From Longimicrobiales bacterium (GTDB taxonomy: Bacteria > Gemmatimonadota > Gemmatimonadetes > Longimicrobiales > Gaopeijiaceae): a DNA stretch of 64,000 bases. A model generated the notes under the pieces. The model saw only the letters and a list, made by a program, of their open reading frames with translations. It did no database searches and was not told the DNA's origin. The stretch covers positions 2,944,001 through 3,008,000 of the forward strand of contig OZ242008.1 of assembly GCA_965204735.1 (NCBI GenBank), in the 5' to 3' direction. Position numbers and translations under genes: made by a program. Positions 1 through 8,440 of this stretch are shown piece after piece (position 1 is the first letter of the stretch; each line of letters starts with the position of its first letter).

Positions 1-1
1 G

Positions 2-685
2 CGCGAACAGCTGGCCGCCCTTGGCTTCATGACCGAACGTTCCGACGGGCCGCCGTTGTGCACGGTAGCGGGCGTGGCGCTCTTCGCCTACCGTCCCCGT
101 CGGCTGTTGCGCAGCGCCGGCGTCCGCTGGATGTGCTTCGACGGCAAGGACAAGGCGTACGACGCCGTCGACGATCAGGTGATCGACGGCCCGCTCGTCG
201 GCTCGTGGCGCGTCTTGGCCGACGGCCGGCAGCTGGTCGAGAAGGGCTTGGTCGAACGGCTGATGGACGCGATGCGCCCGTTCGTGTGCAGCGAGACCGC
301 CGACATGGCGAGATCGTTTCGCCGGGAGCGGCAGTGGCACTACCCGCCCGAGGCGTTGCGGGAAGGAATCGTCAACGCCATTGCTCACAGGGACTGGACG
401 CGCTACGGCGACGTGGAGGTCGCACGCTACTCGGATCGAATCGAGATCATGAGTCCTGGCCCCATGCAGAACGGCATGACCGTGGCAAAGATGATCGCCG
501 GCCAGCGCGTTCCCCGCAACATGCTGATTTCCGACGTGCTGCGCGACTACGGCTACGCCGACGCCCGCGGGATGGGCGTCCGCAACAAGATCATCCCCCT
601 GATGCGCGCCCAGAACGGCGTGGAGCCGGAGTACGAAGCAACGCCGGACTACCTGAAGCTGACGTTGCGGAGGAGCGCGGCGTAG
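2..685 (+). CDS. HATPase_c_4 ('RecG C-terminal-like') family protein, 5'-truncated by the window; probably AlbA_2/Schlafen-fused
   Basis: Frame is open from base 2. Motifs YPPEALREGIVNAIAHRDW, DRIEIMSPG, PRN..I..VL, RGMG. Paralogous to 51017-52795. Confidence 0.8.
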   Translation, partial: REQLAALGFMTERSDGPPLCTVAGVALFAYRPRRLLRSAGVRWMCFDGKDKAYDAVDDQVIDGPLVGSWRVLADGRQLVEKGLVERLMDAMRPFVCSETADMARSFRRERQWHYPPEALREGIVNAIAHRDWTRYGDVEVARYSDRIEIMSPGPMQNGMTVAKMIAGQRVPRNMLISDVLRDYGYADARGMGVRNKIIPLMRAQNGVEPEYEATPDYLKLTLRRSAA

Positions 686-728
686 CGGGCCACCCATGAT
701 CTACATGCCGGCCGCTCTGGCCCGCGTC

Positions 729-757
729 TTGCGCCGGGCCGCCGCCGATGCTATCTT
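729..757 (+). promoter_or_regulatory. Candidate sigma70 promoter for the DUF262 operon
   Basis: TTGCGC (729-734), 17-nt spacer, TGn extension, TATCTT (752-757). Confidence 0.45.
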
Positions 758-789
758 TCGTTATTCCAACGTGATTTCGACCGTCTCTA

Positions 790-1959
790 TTGGAGATCAG
801 GTTGCACGATACCACCGATTCGCCCAGCGATGCTGCCGCCTTTGAACGCAAGCCTCTGCGCGTGAACCAGGGCCCCCCCGCTCCGCCGGCTTCGCCCGAG
901 GCGGATGCCGACCCCGGCTACGACCCCGGCTCCCCCTGGCAAGACTACCCGCTGGACGACATCCTGATTCGGCAGGAGCACAGGACGATCCACGATGTCG
1001 TCCGCCGCATTCGGAAACGGTTCTACGTAATGGACCCGGACTTCCAGCGCGACTTCATCTGGAAGGCCGACAAGCAAAGCAAGTTGATCGAATCGGTGAT
1101 CCTTCGGATCCCGCTGCCGGTCTTCTACTTGGCCGAGGACCACAACGGCCGAATGATTGTCGTGGACGGGCTTCAACGGCTGTCCACCTTTGACGCCTTC
1201 CTCAACAACGAGCTTCCGTTGCGCTCTCTAGACCGAGCCGAGCTGAACGGAAAGCGGTTCTCCGATCTGTCGTTCAAGTTGCAGAACCGGATCGAAGATT
1301 CCAACCTCATCCTGTACACGATCGACTCCAGGGTGCCCGATCGGGCAAAGCTCGACATCTTCGAACGGGTGAATTCGGGTGTTCCCTTGTCTCGCCAACA
1401 GATGCGCAACTGCCTGTACATGGGAGACGGAACTCGCTTCCTGAAGGACCAAGCTCAGTCCGAACTGTTCAAGAAGGCCACAGGAAGAAGCCTGAAGCCC
1501 GACATGATGAGGGACCGAGAATTCGTCAATCGCTTTTGCGCGTTCAGCATATTGGATCTGAAGGACTACCGTGGGGACATGGACGGTTTTCTAGCAACGG
1601 CGCTGCAACACATGAACCAAATGGATCAAGTCCAACTGTCGGCCCTAGCCGAAGACTTGCGCAGAGGTCTCGTCAACAACTACGTCACTTTCCGCCAGCA
1701 TGCGTTTCGACGACATGCTCCAAACCAGGAATGGCGCAGCGTGTTGAACGCTTCGCTGTGGGATGTCATGTGTACTGGACTGTCCCGCTACTCAGAAACT
1801 CGGGTCAGGGAGCACGAAGACCGACTGCGAAAAACCATCCAGGATCTGCTCGCAGATGACAACTTCATCGATTCTATAGCCAGAAGCACGAGCGCCACCA
1901 AGATGGTCATGCATCGCTTCAAGGCAACCGACAAGGCGCTTGCGGAGGTGCTGGGATGA
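790..1959 (+). CDS. DUF262 (GmrSD N-terminal/ParB-like) protein, Menshen NsnA-like
   Basis: PDFQRDFIW, DGLQRLST and IFERVNSG motifs. The true start may be TTG 802 after GGAG. ATGA overlap with the next gene. Confidence 0.88.
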   Translation: MEIRLHDTTDSPSDAAAFERKPLRVNQGPPAPPASPEADADPGYDPGSPWQDYPLDDILIRQEHRTIHDVVRRIRKRFYVMDPDFQRDFIWKADKQSKLIESVILRIPLPVFYLAEDHNGRMIVVDGLQRLSTFDAFLNNELPLRSLDRAELNGKRFSDLSFKLQNRIEDSNLILYTIDSRVPDRAKLDIFERVNSGVPLSRQQMRNCLYMGDGTRFLKDQAQSELFKKATGRSLKPDMMRDREFVNRFCAFSILDLKDYRGDMDGFLATALQHMNQMDQVQLSALAEDLRRGLVNNYVTFRQHAFRRHAPNQEWRSVLNASLWDVMCTGLSRYSETRVREHEDRLRKTIQDLLADDNFIDSIARSTSATKMVMHRFKATDKALAEVLG

Positions 1960-3098
1960 TCACTCGACTTGATCTCCGTCACTTCAAGTGTTTTTCGCTT
2001 CTCAAGCTTCCCTTGGCTCCGCTAACCGTTCTATCTGGCACGAACGCGTCGGGAAAGTCGTCCGTGCTGCAAGTCCTGGCTTTGCTTCACCAGACGATAC
2101 GAGAACACGAGTGGTCCACGCGGTTGATGCTCAACGGCGACGCGGTTCGGCTGGGGACCGCCGCCGACGTGATCGATCAGGTCGAGGGCCGTCGAACGTT
2201 TCGCGCGGCCCTGCAGGTCGAAGAAGCGGTGTACGAGTGGGCGTTCACCGGCGAGCGCACCGAAATGTCCATGCAGGTCGCCAGCGTGGCTGCAGGCAAG
2301 GAGATCGAGGAGGAGCCCGAGCGGTTGCGGTGGCTGTTCCCCGTGTCCAGGTCCTGCCACTCCTTGGCCCATCGGTTGCGCGACCTGACGTACTTGACGG
2401 CGGAACGAATGGGGCCTCGGGACCATTACCCGCTGGAGGATCCGCAGCTTGCGCCCCTGGTCGGGCGAGCGGGCGAGCATACCGTCACCGTTCTTCAATC
2501 GGGAGAGGAGGTGCCTGTGGTTCCGCGCCTTGCCGTTGACGGAGTTCCAACGACCCGCTTGCGGCAAGTCGAAGCCCGCATGGCCGGGTTTTTTCCGGGC
2601 TGCGAGCTGGCGATGGAGACCGTGCCTCAGGCGAGCGTCGTGAGACTGGGCGTTCGGACGTCAAGAGACACGGGCTTTCATCGTCCCGGCCATACGGGCT
2701 TTGGACTGACCCAGGTCCTGCCGATAGTCGTGGCTTCTCTGTCGGTCGAAGTCGACGGCCTGTTGCTGATCGAGAACCCCGAGGTGCATCTGCACCCGGC
2801 GGGACAAGCCAAGATGGGCGAGTTCCTGGCGGAAGTGGCATCGGCGGGCGTTCAGGTGATTGTGGAAACTCACAGCGATCATGTGCTCAACGGAGTCCGG
2901 CGAGCCGTCAAGGACGAGAAGCTGCTCTGCGACGATGTCGCCGTGCACTTCTTTCGTCCACGGCTTGACGATGCAGAAGATGGGCCGCCTCAGGTCGAGA
3001 CACCGGTTCTCGACAGTCACGGCAACATTGACGTATGGCCCAAGGGGTTCTTCGACCAGTTCGACAGGGACATGAACTACTTCGCCGGCTGGTCCTGA
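1956..3098 (+). CDS. ABC/AAA_21-type ATPase with DUF3696 C-terminus, Menshen NsnB-like
   Basis: Walker A GTNASGKS, IENPEVHLHP, ETHSDH, terminal WPKGFFDQ. Confidence 0.88.
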   Translation: MITRLDLRHFKCFSLLKLPLAPLTVLSGTNASGKSSVLQVLALLHQTIREHEWSTRLMLNGDAVRLGTAADVIDQVEGRRTFRAALQVEEAVYEWAFTGERTEMSMQVASVAAGKEIEEEPERLRWLFPVSRSCHSLAHRLRDLTYLTAERMGPRDHYPLEDPQLAPLVGRAGEHTVTVLQSGEEVPVVPRLAVDGVPTTRLRQVEARMAGFFPGCELAMETVPQASVVRLGVRTSRDTGFHRPGHTGFGLTQVLPIVVASLSVEVDGLLLIENPEVHLHPAGQAKMGEFLAEVASAGVQVIVETHSDHVLNGVRRAVKDEKLLCDDVAVHFFRPRLDDAEDGPPQVETPVLDSHGNIDVWPKGFFDQFDRDMNYFAGWS

Positions 3099-3108
3099 GT
3101 CGACCTGT

Positions 3109-4071
3109 ATGGACCTCATCGCAAACGACCTGTCGATCCATGGCCAGTTCTCGGATGCTTCGTCGTTCCGCATGTCGTTTATCGGCTTCATCGCCATGCG
3201 CAGCGTGGCGCGACGCTGGGATCGGGACATCTACTGCAATCGACAGATGGCGCAGGCGGAGCCGCTGCCTGGTGTTCCGATGAGCAAGGCCGTAGCTCGC
3301 TACCTATCCGAAGCCGAGCGTCGCGCCGTCATGGCTTGGTTCACACGCGGAGGTCCGTTCTGGGAGGACGAGAATCGGCACGGCGAGGGCGAGTGGATCG
3401 AGAGCGGCGGCGAGATCGTGACGGATTCCGCCATCGGGGAAGCGGCCTATCGGAGCATCAACGGCGTTGCCACCGGCCTGGTCAGCGTGGAGCCGTCGAA
3501 ATGGAACGCGTCGCCAGTGTCGGTCTTATGGCGACTTGGCGACGACCCGACCGACCAACGGAGCACGGAGGTGCAGAACTGGTGGGACGCGGCGGCCTTG
3601 GAGTCGGCACTCGAGAAGGCGGCTCCGCCGCTCTCCTCTTGGAGCCAGCTTCGCGACGTCGCGATCCGACGATTCGACCGGCTTCGGTTTAGCGACAGCT
3701 GCTTCATACCGCTGGCCGGGATTCCGTTCGCGAAGAGCACGGCAGATCGCCTTGCGCAACGTTTCGACATCCTGAATCGGCTGGCAGGCTGCTTCGACGA
3801 GAACGGGACTCGCACCTGGGAAGGCCACCAGATTGTCAAACAGTATATCGAGGGAGACAACGCTTTCTTTGCGAAGACGGCAGAAACGGAAAAGCAGAAA
3901 TTCAAGGCGCAACTCACCTTTCCTCACCCCGGCAAGCCCGGAGAGAAGGCACTGTTCGGTTGGCACGGCAAGATGGCCCGCCAGACGATTCGACTTCATT
4001 TTTCGTGGCCGATCCGCGCCGGCGAGCCCGTGTACATTGTGTACGTTGGGCCGAAGATCACCAAGCGCTGA
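3109..4071 (+). CDS. Putative effector with RelE-like C-terminal domain, Menshen NsnC-like
   Basis: Third gene of the operon (10-nt gap). C-terminal WHGK...IRLHF...VYIVYVGPK resembles RelE-fold RNases. Confidence 0.62.
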   Translation: MDLIANDLSIHGQFSDASSFRMSFIGFIAMRSVARRWDRDIYCNRQMAQAEPLPGVPMSKAVARYLSEAERRAVMAWFTRGGPFWEDENRHGEGEWIESGGEIVTDSAIGEAAYRSINGVATGLVSVEPSKWNASPVSVLWRLGDDPTDQRSTEVQNWWDAAALESALEKAAPPLSSWSQLRDVAIRRFDRLRFSDSCFIPLAGIPFAKSTADRLAQRFDILNRLAGCFDENGTRTWEGHQIVKQYIEGDNAFFAKTAETEKQKFKAQLTFPHPGKPGEKALFGWHGKMARQTIRLHFSWPIRAGEPVYIVYVGPKITKR

Positions 4072-4119
4072 ACGGATTTTCCACTTTGTCGCACCCGCGC
4101 TCGCCGGATGCAAGGGTAA

Positions 4120-4782
4120 TCACTGAAAATCAATCAAGTTGTGCCTGGCAAGAAGCGCGGCCAACTGCCTGCCGTCCATGAGGGCGACTGGGGAAGCGTC
4201 TCGACGCGCAGCCTCTTTCTTTGCTTGTTTGCTGAACGTGCCGGTTGTAATGACAAGACCTTGTTCGTGGGCACCAAGGCTACCTCGAACTTGTCGGATC
4301 ACGGGCGCACTCACCCTCCCTTTGTTGTATCGCTTCGCCTGTACCGCCATGCGAATACTCACTACGTCCCCGACAACCAGCGTCCCTCGCACGTCGATGC
4401 CTCCGTCCGGTCCACGTGGGGTCTTTTCCACATCCTCAAATCCCATGGCAATCAGAAGTCTCTCGACAAGCATCTCGAAACGCTCCGGTGTTTCTTCCTT
4501 CGCTTGCTTCAAGAGCCTTTCCTCCAACTCGTCGAGTAAGCCGATTCTGCCTTCTCCGTATAGGTGGAAGCGTTGCGCGTATCCCTTCGTTTTCCGGTGG
4601 CGAACTTCAGCACCTATTCTGCCAGCCATCGTGGCTTCCATTGTCTTGCCCTTGATTCTGTCAACAATAGCGCCATAGCGTCTCCGATAGTGCTTCTCCC
4701 AGCACATCACAATCTCCTTGTAGTGTAAGGGCTTGGCCGCCCGCCCAAGAAGCACCATCTCCGCCGCGTCGGTTGCCTTCAT
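4120..4782 (-). CDS. Mrr-family (type IV) restriction endonuclease with N-terminal HARE-HTH-like domain
   Basis: FEMLVERLL..MGF, DGGID, VQAKRY, GLVITTGTFS, LMDGRQL. N-terminal PLHYKEI. Confidence 0.85.
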   Translation of the reverse strand: MKATDAAEMVLLGRAAKPLHYKEIVMCWEKHYRRRYGAIVDRIKGKTMEATMAGRIGAEVRHRKTKGYAQRFHLYGEGRIGLLDELEERLLKQAKEETPERFEMLVERLLIAMGFEDVEKTPRGPDGGIDVRGTLVVGDVVSIRMAVQAKRYNKGRVSAPVIRQVRGSLGAHEQGLVITTGTFSKQAKKEAARRDASPVALMDGRQLAALLARHNLIDFQ

Positions 4783-4785
4783 CGG

Positions 4786-7029
4786 TCAGCAGCTCACGCA
4801 CTTGTGGTTGTTCTTCGCCCCCAGCCGCTCCAGCAGCGCGACCGTGGCCGGGAAGGGCTGAATCCTCTGCACCGGGCCGTTCGCCAGGTCGACGGTGGTT
4901 TGGCCGCTCCGGGCAACGGCGGTCACGTCCGCGCCTTTCTCGACCAAGTACAGGATCATCTCGTTGTCGCCGCGGGCGGCGGCGTGGTGCACGGGGGTGT
5001 AGCCGTTGTGGTCGCGGGCGTTCACATCGGCGCCCAGCTCCTCGACCAGGAAGCGGACAGCGGGCATCCAGCCGTCGGGGACGTGGCGGTGGGAGTTCCC
5101 AGCGAACCCTTGCCCGTACCCAACCCCAGCCGCGGCGTGGATGGGGTACACGGCCGGCCCGCCCACGGGAACCGGAGGGAGCCCGGAGTGATCGGTCTCG
5201 TCGCGGGGGCCGAACCGGCGTTGGGGCACCTTGATCGTCGGCAGGTTCGGATCGGCGCCGTACTCCAGCAGGAGCTTCATGGCCGGCACGTCGGTGGCGT
5301 GGGCAGCGCGCCAGAACGGCGTTGCGCCGGTGCGGTCTACACCCAGGAGGTCGCGGTTGTAGGTCGTGTACCAGAGCGTCCGCCGCAGCCGGGCATCTAC
5401 GTCGGCGCCGGCGTCGAGCAGCTCTCGCATCAGCTCCAGGTACCCGATCTCCTGCTGCTGGTAGACGAGGGGCTGGGGATGCCGGGCCTTGGGCGCCCAC
5501 TGCATGTTCAACACGGCGTAGAGAGGCGCGGCGCCGGCGTCGCTGGCCAAGTTGGGATCGGCCCCGCGGCGGAGCAGCGCGGCCGCAAGGTCGAAGTAGC
5601 CGTTGATCGCGGCAATGAGCATGGGAGTGGCGCCGTCGGCGGCGCTGGGGAAGTCGATCGGCACGCCGCCCTCCAGCAGCGCGAACACCGTCTCCGCGTG
5701 GCCCTCGCGAGCCGCCAAGTGGACGGCCGACAAGCCGCCGTGGGTCGCCACCAGCCCGGCAAAGTTGAGAGGCACGGGTTCGCCCGTCCGCTGACGAATC
5801 TCCAACGCCTCCTGAGCAGCCTCCCGGGCCTGGGCCTGTCGGGCCTGGGCGTCCCGGGCGGGCGCTTGCCGGGCCTGGACCTCACGGGCCGGAGCCTCCC
5901 GAGCCTGGGTCTCCTGGGCTTGGGTCTCCCGACGCTGGGCCTCGCGGGCCTGGGTCTCGCGAGCTTGGGCCTCCCGAGCCTGGGCCTCCAGACGCTGGAC
6001 CTCGCGGGCCTGGACCTCCCGAGCCTGGGTCTCGCGAGCTCCTGTCTCGCGGACCGGCACACTTGCACTTGCAGGGGACTTGTCGTCCGCCGCTTGTCCC
6101 TCGGCCACGACTGGCTCGCCGGTCATCGCACGCGCTCTCGTTGCCGCGACCTCCGCCCGGCGCCGGCGCTCGGAGGCCCGATCCGCTATGTCCCGGTCCA
6201 CTAAGTCCAAGACCCGGGCCGCGACCAGCGGGTCCGCGCCCGCCGCCAGCAGAGCCTCCACTGCCGCCGTCCGCCCCCGTGCCGCCGCGAAGTGCAACGG
6301 CGTCTGGCCCCACTCGGGCTCTTGGACGTCCACGGCCGCGCCATGGTCCAACAGCGCCGACACGGACGGCAGGTCGCCGGAAGCCGCCGCAAAGTGCAAC
6401 GGAGCCGCCCCGGTCGTCGTGAGGGCCGCAACATCCGCACCCGCCTTCAGCAGCAACGCGACGACCTCGCCGTGGCCCTCCCTGGCAGCCACGTGAAGCG
6501 GTCGGTGGGCGCCCAACCGCGTCCGCGCCTCCAGCGCCGCGCCTGAAGCAACCAGCAAGCCCGCGACCTCGGGGTCGCCGTTGAACGCGGCCCAGTGGAG
6601 GCCCGTCATGCCGTCCCCGTGGGCGGCGTTCGGATCCGCGCCCTCGGCCAGGAGTTCCCGCACGGCCATCGCATCGCCCCGCCGAGCAGCGTCGGCAACC
6701 GGCGCATCGGGAGAAACGGCCCGGTGGTCGGGAGAAGCGACCGACTGGTCGCCAGAAGCAACCCGCTGATGCCGCACGGACACATGGGACAGCACGGACA
6801 CGTGATGCAGCACGGACGCATGGGGCAACACGGACGCACGGGACAGCACGGACGAATGGGGCAGAACCAGCCCCGCAAGTACAACCGAGGTCTCGGCAGA
6901 AACAGGCGCTTCGACTACGACCGATGCCCCGGCAGCAGTAGGCGCGGCTGGCCAAGCCAGCATCGCTACCCCCGCGGACGCCCAGACCCCCGTCGGCCAC
7001 GTCGTGCGCAAGCTGCGCCATGTCTTCAT
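4786..7029 (-). CDS. Exported ankyrin-repeat protein (module copy 1)
   Basis: Signal-like N-terminus, many G.TPLH.AA repeats, central pentapeptide repeat, C-terminal NNHKCVSC. Confidence 0.9.
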   Translation of the reverse strand: MKTWRSLRTTWPTGVWASAGVAMLAWPAAPTAAGASVVVEAPVSAETSVVLAGLVLPHSSVLSRASVLPHASVLHHVSVLSHVSVRHQRVASGDQSVASPDHRAVSPDAPVADAARRGDAMAVRELLAEGADPNAAHGDGMTGLHWAAFNGDPEVAGLLVASGAALEARTRLGAHRPLHVAAREGHGEVVALLLKAGADVAALTTTGAAPLHFAAASGDLPSVSALLDHGAAVDVQEPEWGQTPLHFAAARGRTAAVEALLAAGADPLVAARVLDLVDRDIADRASERRRRAEVAATRARAMTGEPVVAEGQAADDKSPASASVPVRETGARETQAREVQAREVQRLEAQAREAQARETQAREAQRRETQAQETQAREAPAREVQARQAPARDAQARQAQAREAAQEALEIRQRTGEPVPLNFAGLVATHGGLSAVHLAAREGHAETVFALLEGGVPIDFPSAADGATPMLIAAINGYFDLAAALLRRGADPNLASDAGAAPLYAVLNMQWAPKARHPQPLVYQQQEIGYLELMRELLDAGADVDARLRRTLWYTTYNRDLLGVDRTGATPFWRAAHATDVPAMKLLLEYGADPNLPTIKVPQRRFGPRDETDHSGLPPVPVGGPAVYPIHAAAGVGYGQGFAGNSHRHVPDGWMPAVRFLVEELGADVNARDHNGYTPVHHAAARGDNEMILYLVEKGADVTAVARSGQTTVDLANGPVQRIQPFPATVALLERLGAKNNHKCVSC
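5815..6039. repeat. 15 in-frame 15-bp tandem repeats encoding AR(E/Q)xQ-type pentapeptides
   Basis: Translation runs ARETQ AREVQ AREVQ RLEAQ ... AREAA. Confidence 0.9.
6775..6864. repeat. Five in-frame 18-bp tandem repeats (CACGGAC core)
   Basis: Encodes LPHSSV LSRASV LPHASV LHHVSV LSHVSV. Confidence 0.9.
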
Positions 7030-7045
7030 CTTCGCCGCGCTCGTC

Positions 7046-8440
7046 CTACCCCGACAGCGCGAAGGCGTCCGTGCTGTCGCCGAAGCTCTTCACGTCGTCC
7101 ATCCCCAGGTTGTGCATGAGGCTGACCATGACGTTCGCCATCGGCGTTCCCGGATCGGCCCGCAGGTGCAGGTCGCCGACCATGCGCCCGTTGGCGCCGC
7201 CCACGACGAAGAGAGGACAGCGCTTGTGGTTGTGCACGTTGGAGTCGCCCATGGGAGAGCCGTAGAGGACCATCGTCTTGTCCAGCAAGGTGCCGTCGCC
7301 CTCTTGGACGCGGCTCAGCCGGTCCAGCAGGTACGGCACGAGCCCCACGTGGTAGCGGTTGATCTCGGCGAACTCCAGCACGTTGGCAGGGGTCCCGCCG
7401 TGGTGAGACGACGGGTGGAAGCCCTTCTCCACGCCGCTCTCTGGGTACACGCGACTGGAAGCGTCGCGGCCCATCTTGAAGGAGAAGACCCGCGTCACGT
7501 CCGCCTCGAACGCCAGCGCCTGAAGGTCGAACATGAGCTTGACGTGCTCGTCGAAGGAGTCCGGCACGCCGGCCGGGGCCTCGGGCAGCTCCCGCTCGGC
7601 GCCGCTGGCGTTGCGCTCGACGACGCGCTGAATCCGGCGCTCGATCTCGCGCACGTTCTCCAAGTAGCGGTCCATGCGGCGGCCGTCCTCGGGATCGAGG
7701 CGACGCTTGAGCGCGCCCACCTCGCTCATCACATAGTCCAGGACGCTGCGGCCGGCCCGGCGCCTCGCCAAGCGCGCTTCCGGAGTCCCGCCTGCCCCGA
7801 AGAGCTGGTCGAAGGCGACTCTCGGATCGCGCACCATCGGCAACGGCTCGTCGGGTGCCGCCCACGAGATCGTGTCCGTGTACACGCACGCGTAGCCGTA
7901 TGCGCATCCGCCGGCTTGGTCCACGTTTTCGATGCACAACTGCATCGACGGCACCGGCGTGTCCTGTCCGAAGCGCTGGGCGTACAACTGGTCCAGCGAG
8001 GTGCCCGCAAGCACGTCCGAGCTCTCCGTCTGCTTTGGATGCGCCTGGGTCAGGAAGGTGGCGCTGGACCGGAAGTGGTCGCCGCCGATCTCCTTGGGCT
8101 TGGTGGCCTCGGCGGCGCGCACGTCGGTGTCGCTGACGACGGTCAGGTACTCCCGGTAGGGCTCCAGCGACTTGAGCACGCTCGGCCCGAAGTCGAAGCC
8201 CCGTCCCGTTTCCGGGGGCGACCAAAGGTGCTGCTCCGCGCCCCAGGCGTTGCTGCCCGCCGCCCCGTGGACCATCTCGATCGCGATCAGGCGGGTCTTG
8301 TCCATGGCCGTGCGGGCCTGGGTTGCGGCCCAGGCTTCCCGCGCCGGCGCCATCGCGTCCAGGAACGGGAGCGCTATCGACGCGCCCGCGCCCCGCAGGA
8401 AGGTTCGACGGGGCAGGTGTCTGCCGGTCAGAAGGTTCAT
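7046..8440 (-). CDS. DUF1552-family protein with twin-arginine-like signal (module copy 1)
   Basis: MNLLTGRHLPRRTFLRG.G..IALPFLDAM; GDHF, C.YGY.C.Y, HPSSHH, NVHNHKRCP. ATGA overlap with the upstream gene. Confidence 0.88.
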   Translation of the reverse strand: MNLLTGRHLPRRTFLRGAGASIALPFLDAMAPAREAWAATQARTAMDKTRLIAIEMVHGAAGSNAWGAEQHLWSPPETGRGFDFGPSVLKSLEPYREYLTVVSDTDVRAAEATKPKEIGGDHFRSSATFLTQAHPKQTESSDVLAGTSLDQLYAQRFGQDTPVPSMQLCIENVDQAGGCAYGYACVYTDTISWAAPDEPLPMVRDPRVAFDQLFGAGGTPEARLARRRAGRSVLDYVMSEVGALKRRLDPEDGRRMDRYLENVREIERRIQRVVERNASGAERELPEAPAGVPDSFDEHVKLMFDLQALAFEADVTRVFSFKMGRDASSRVYPESGVEKGFHPSSHHGGTPANVLEFAEINRYHVGLVPYLLDRLSRVQEGDGTLLDKTMVLYGSPMGDSNVHNHKRCPLFVVGGANGRMVGDLHLRADPGTPMANVMVSLMHNLGMDDVKSFGDSTDAFALSG

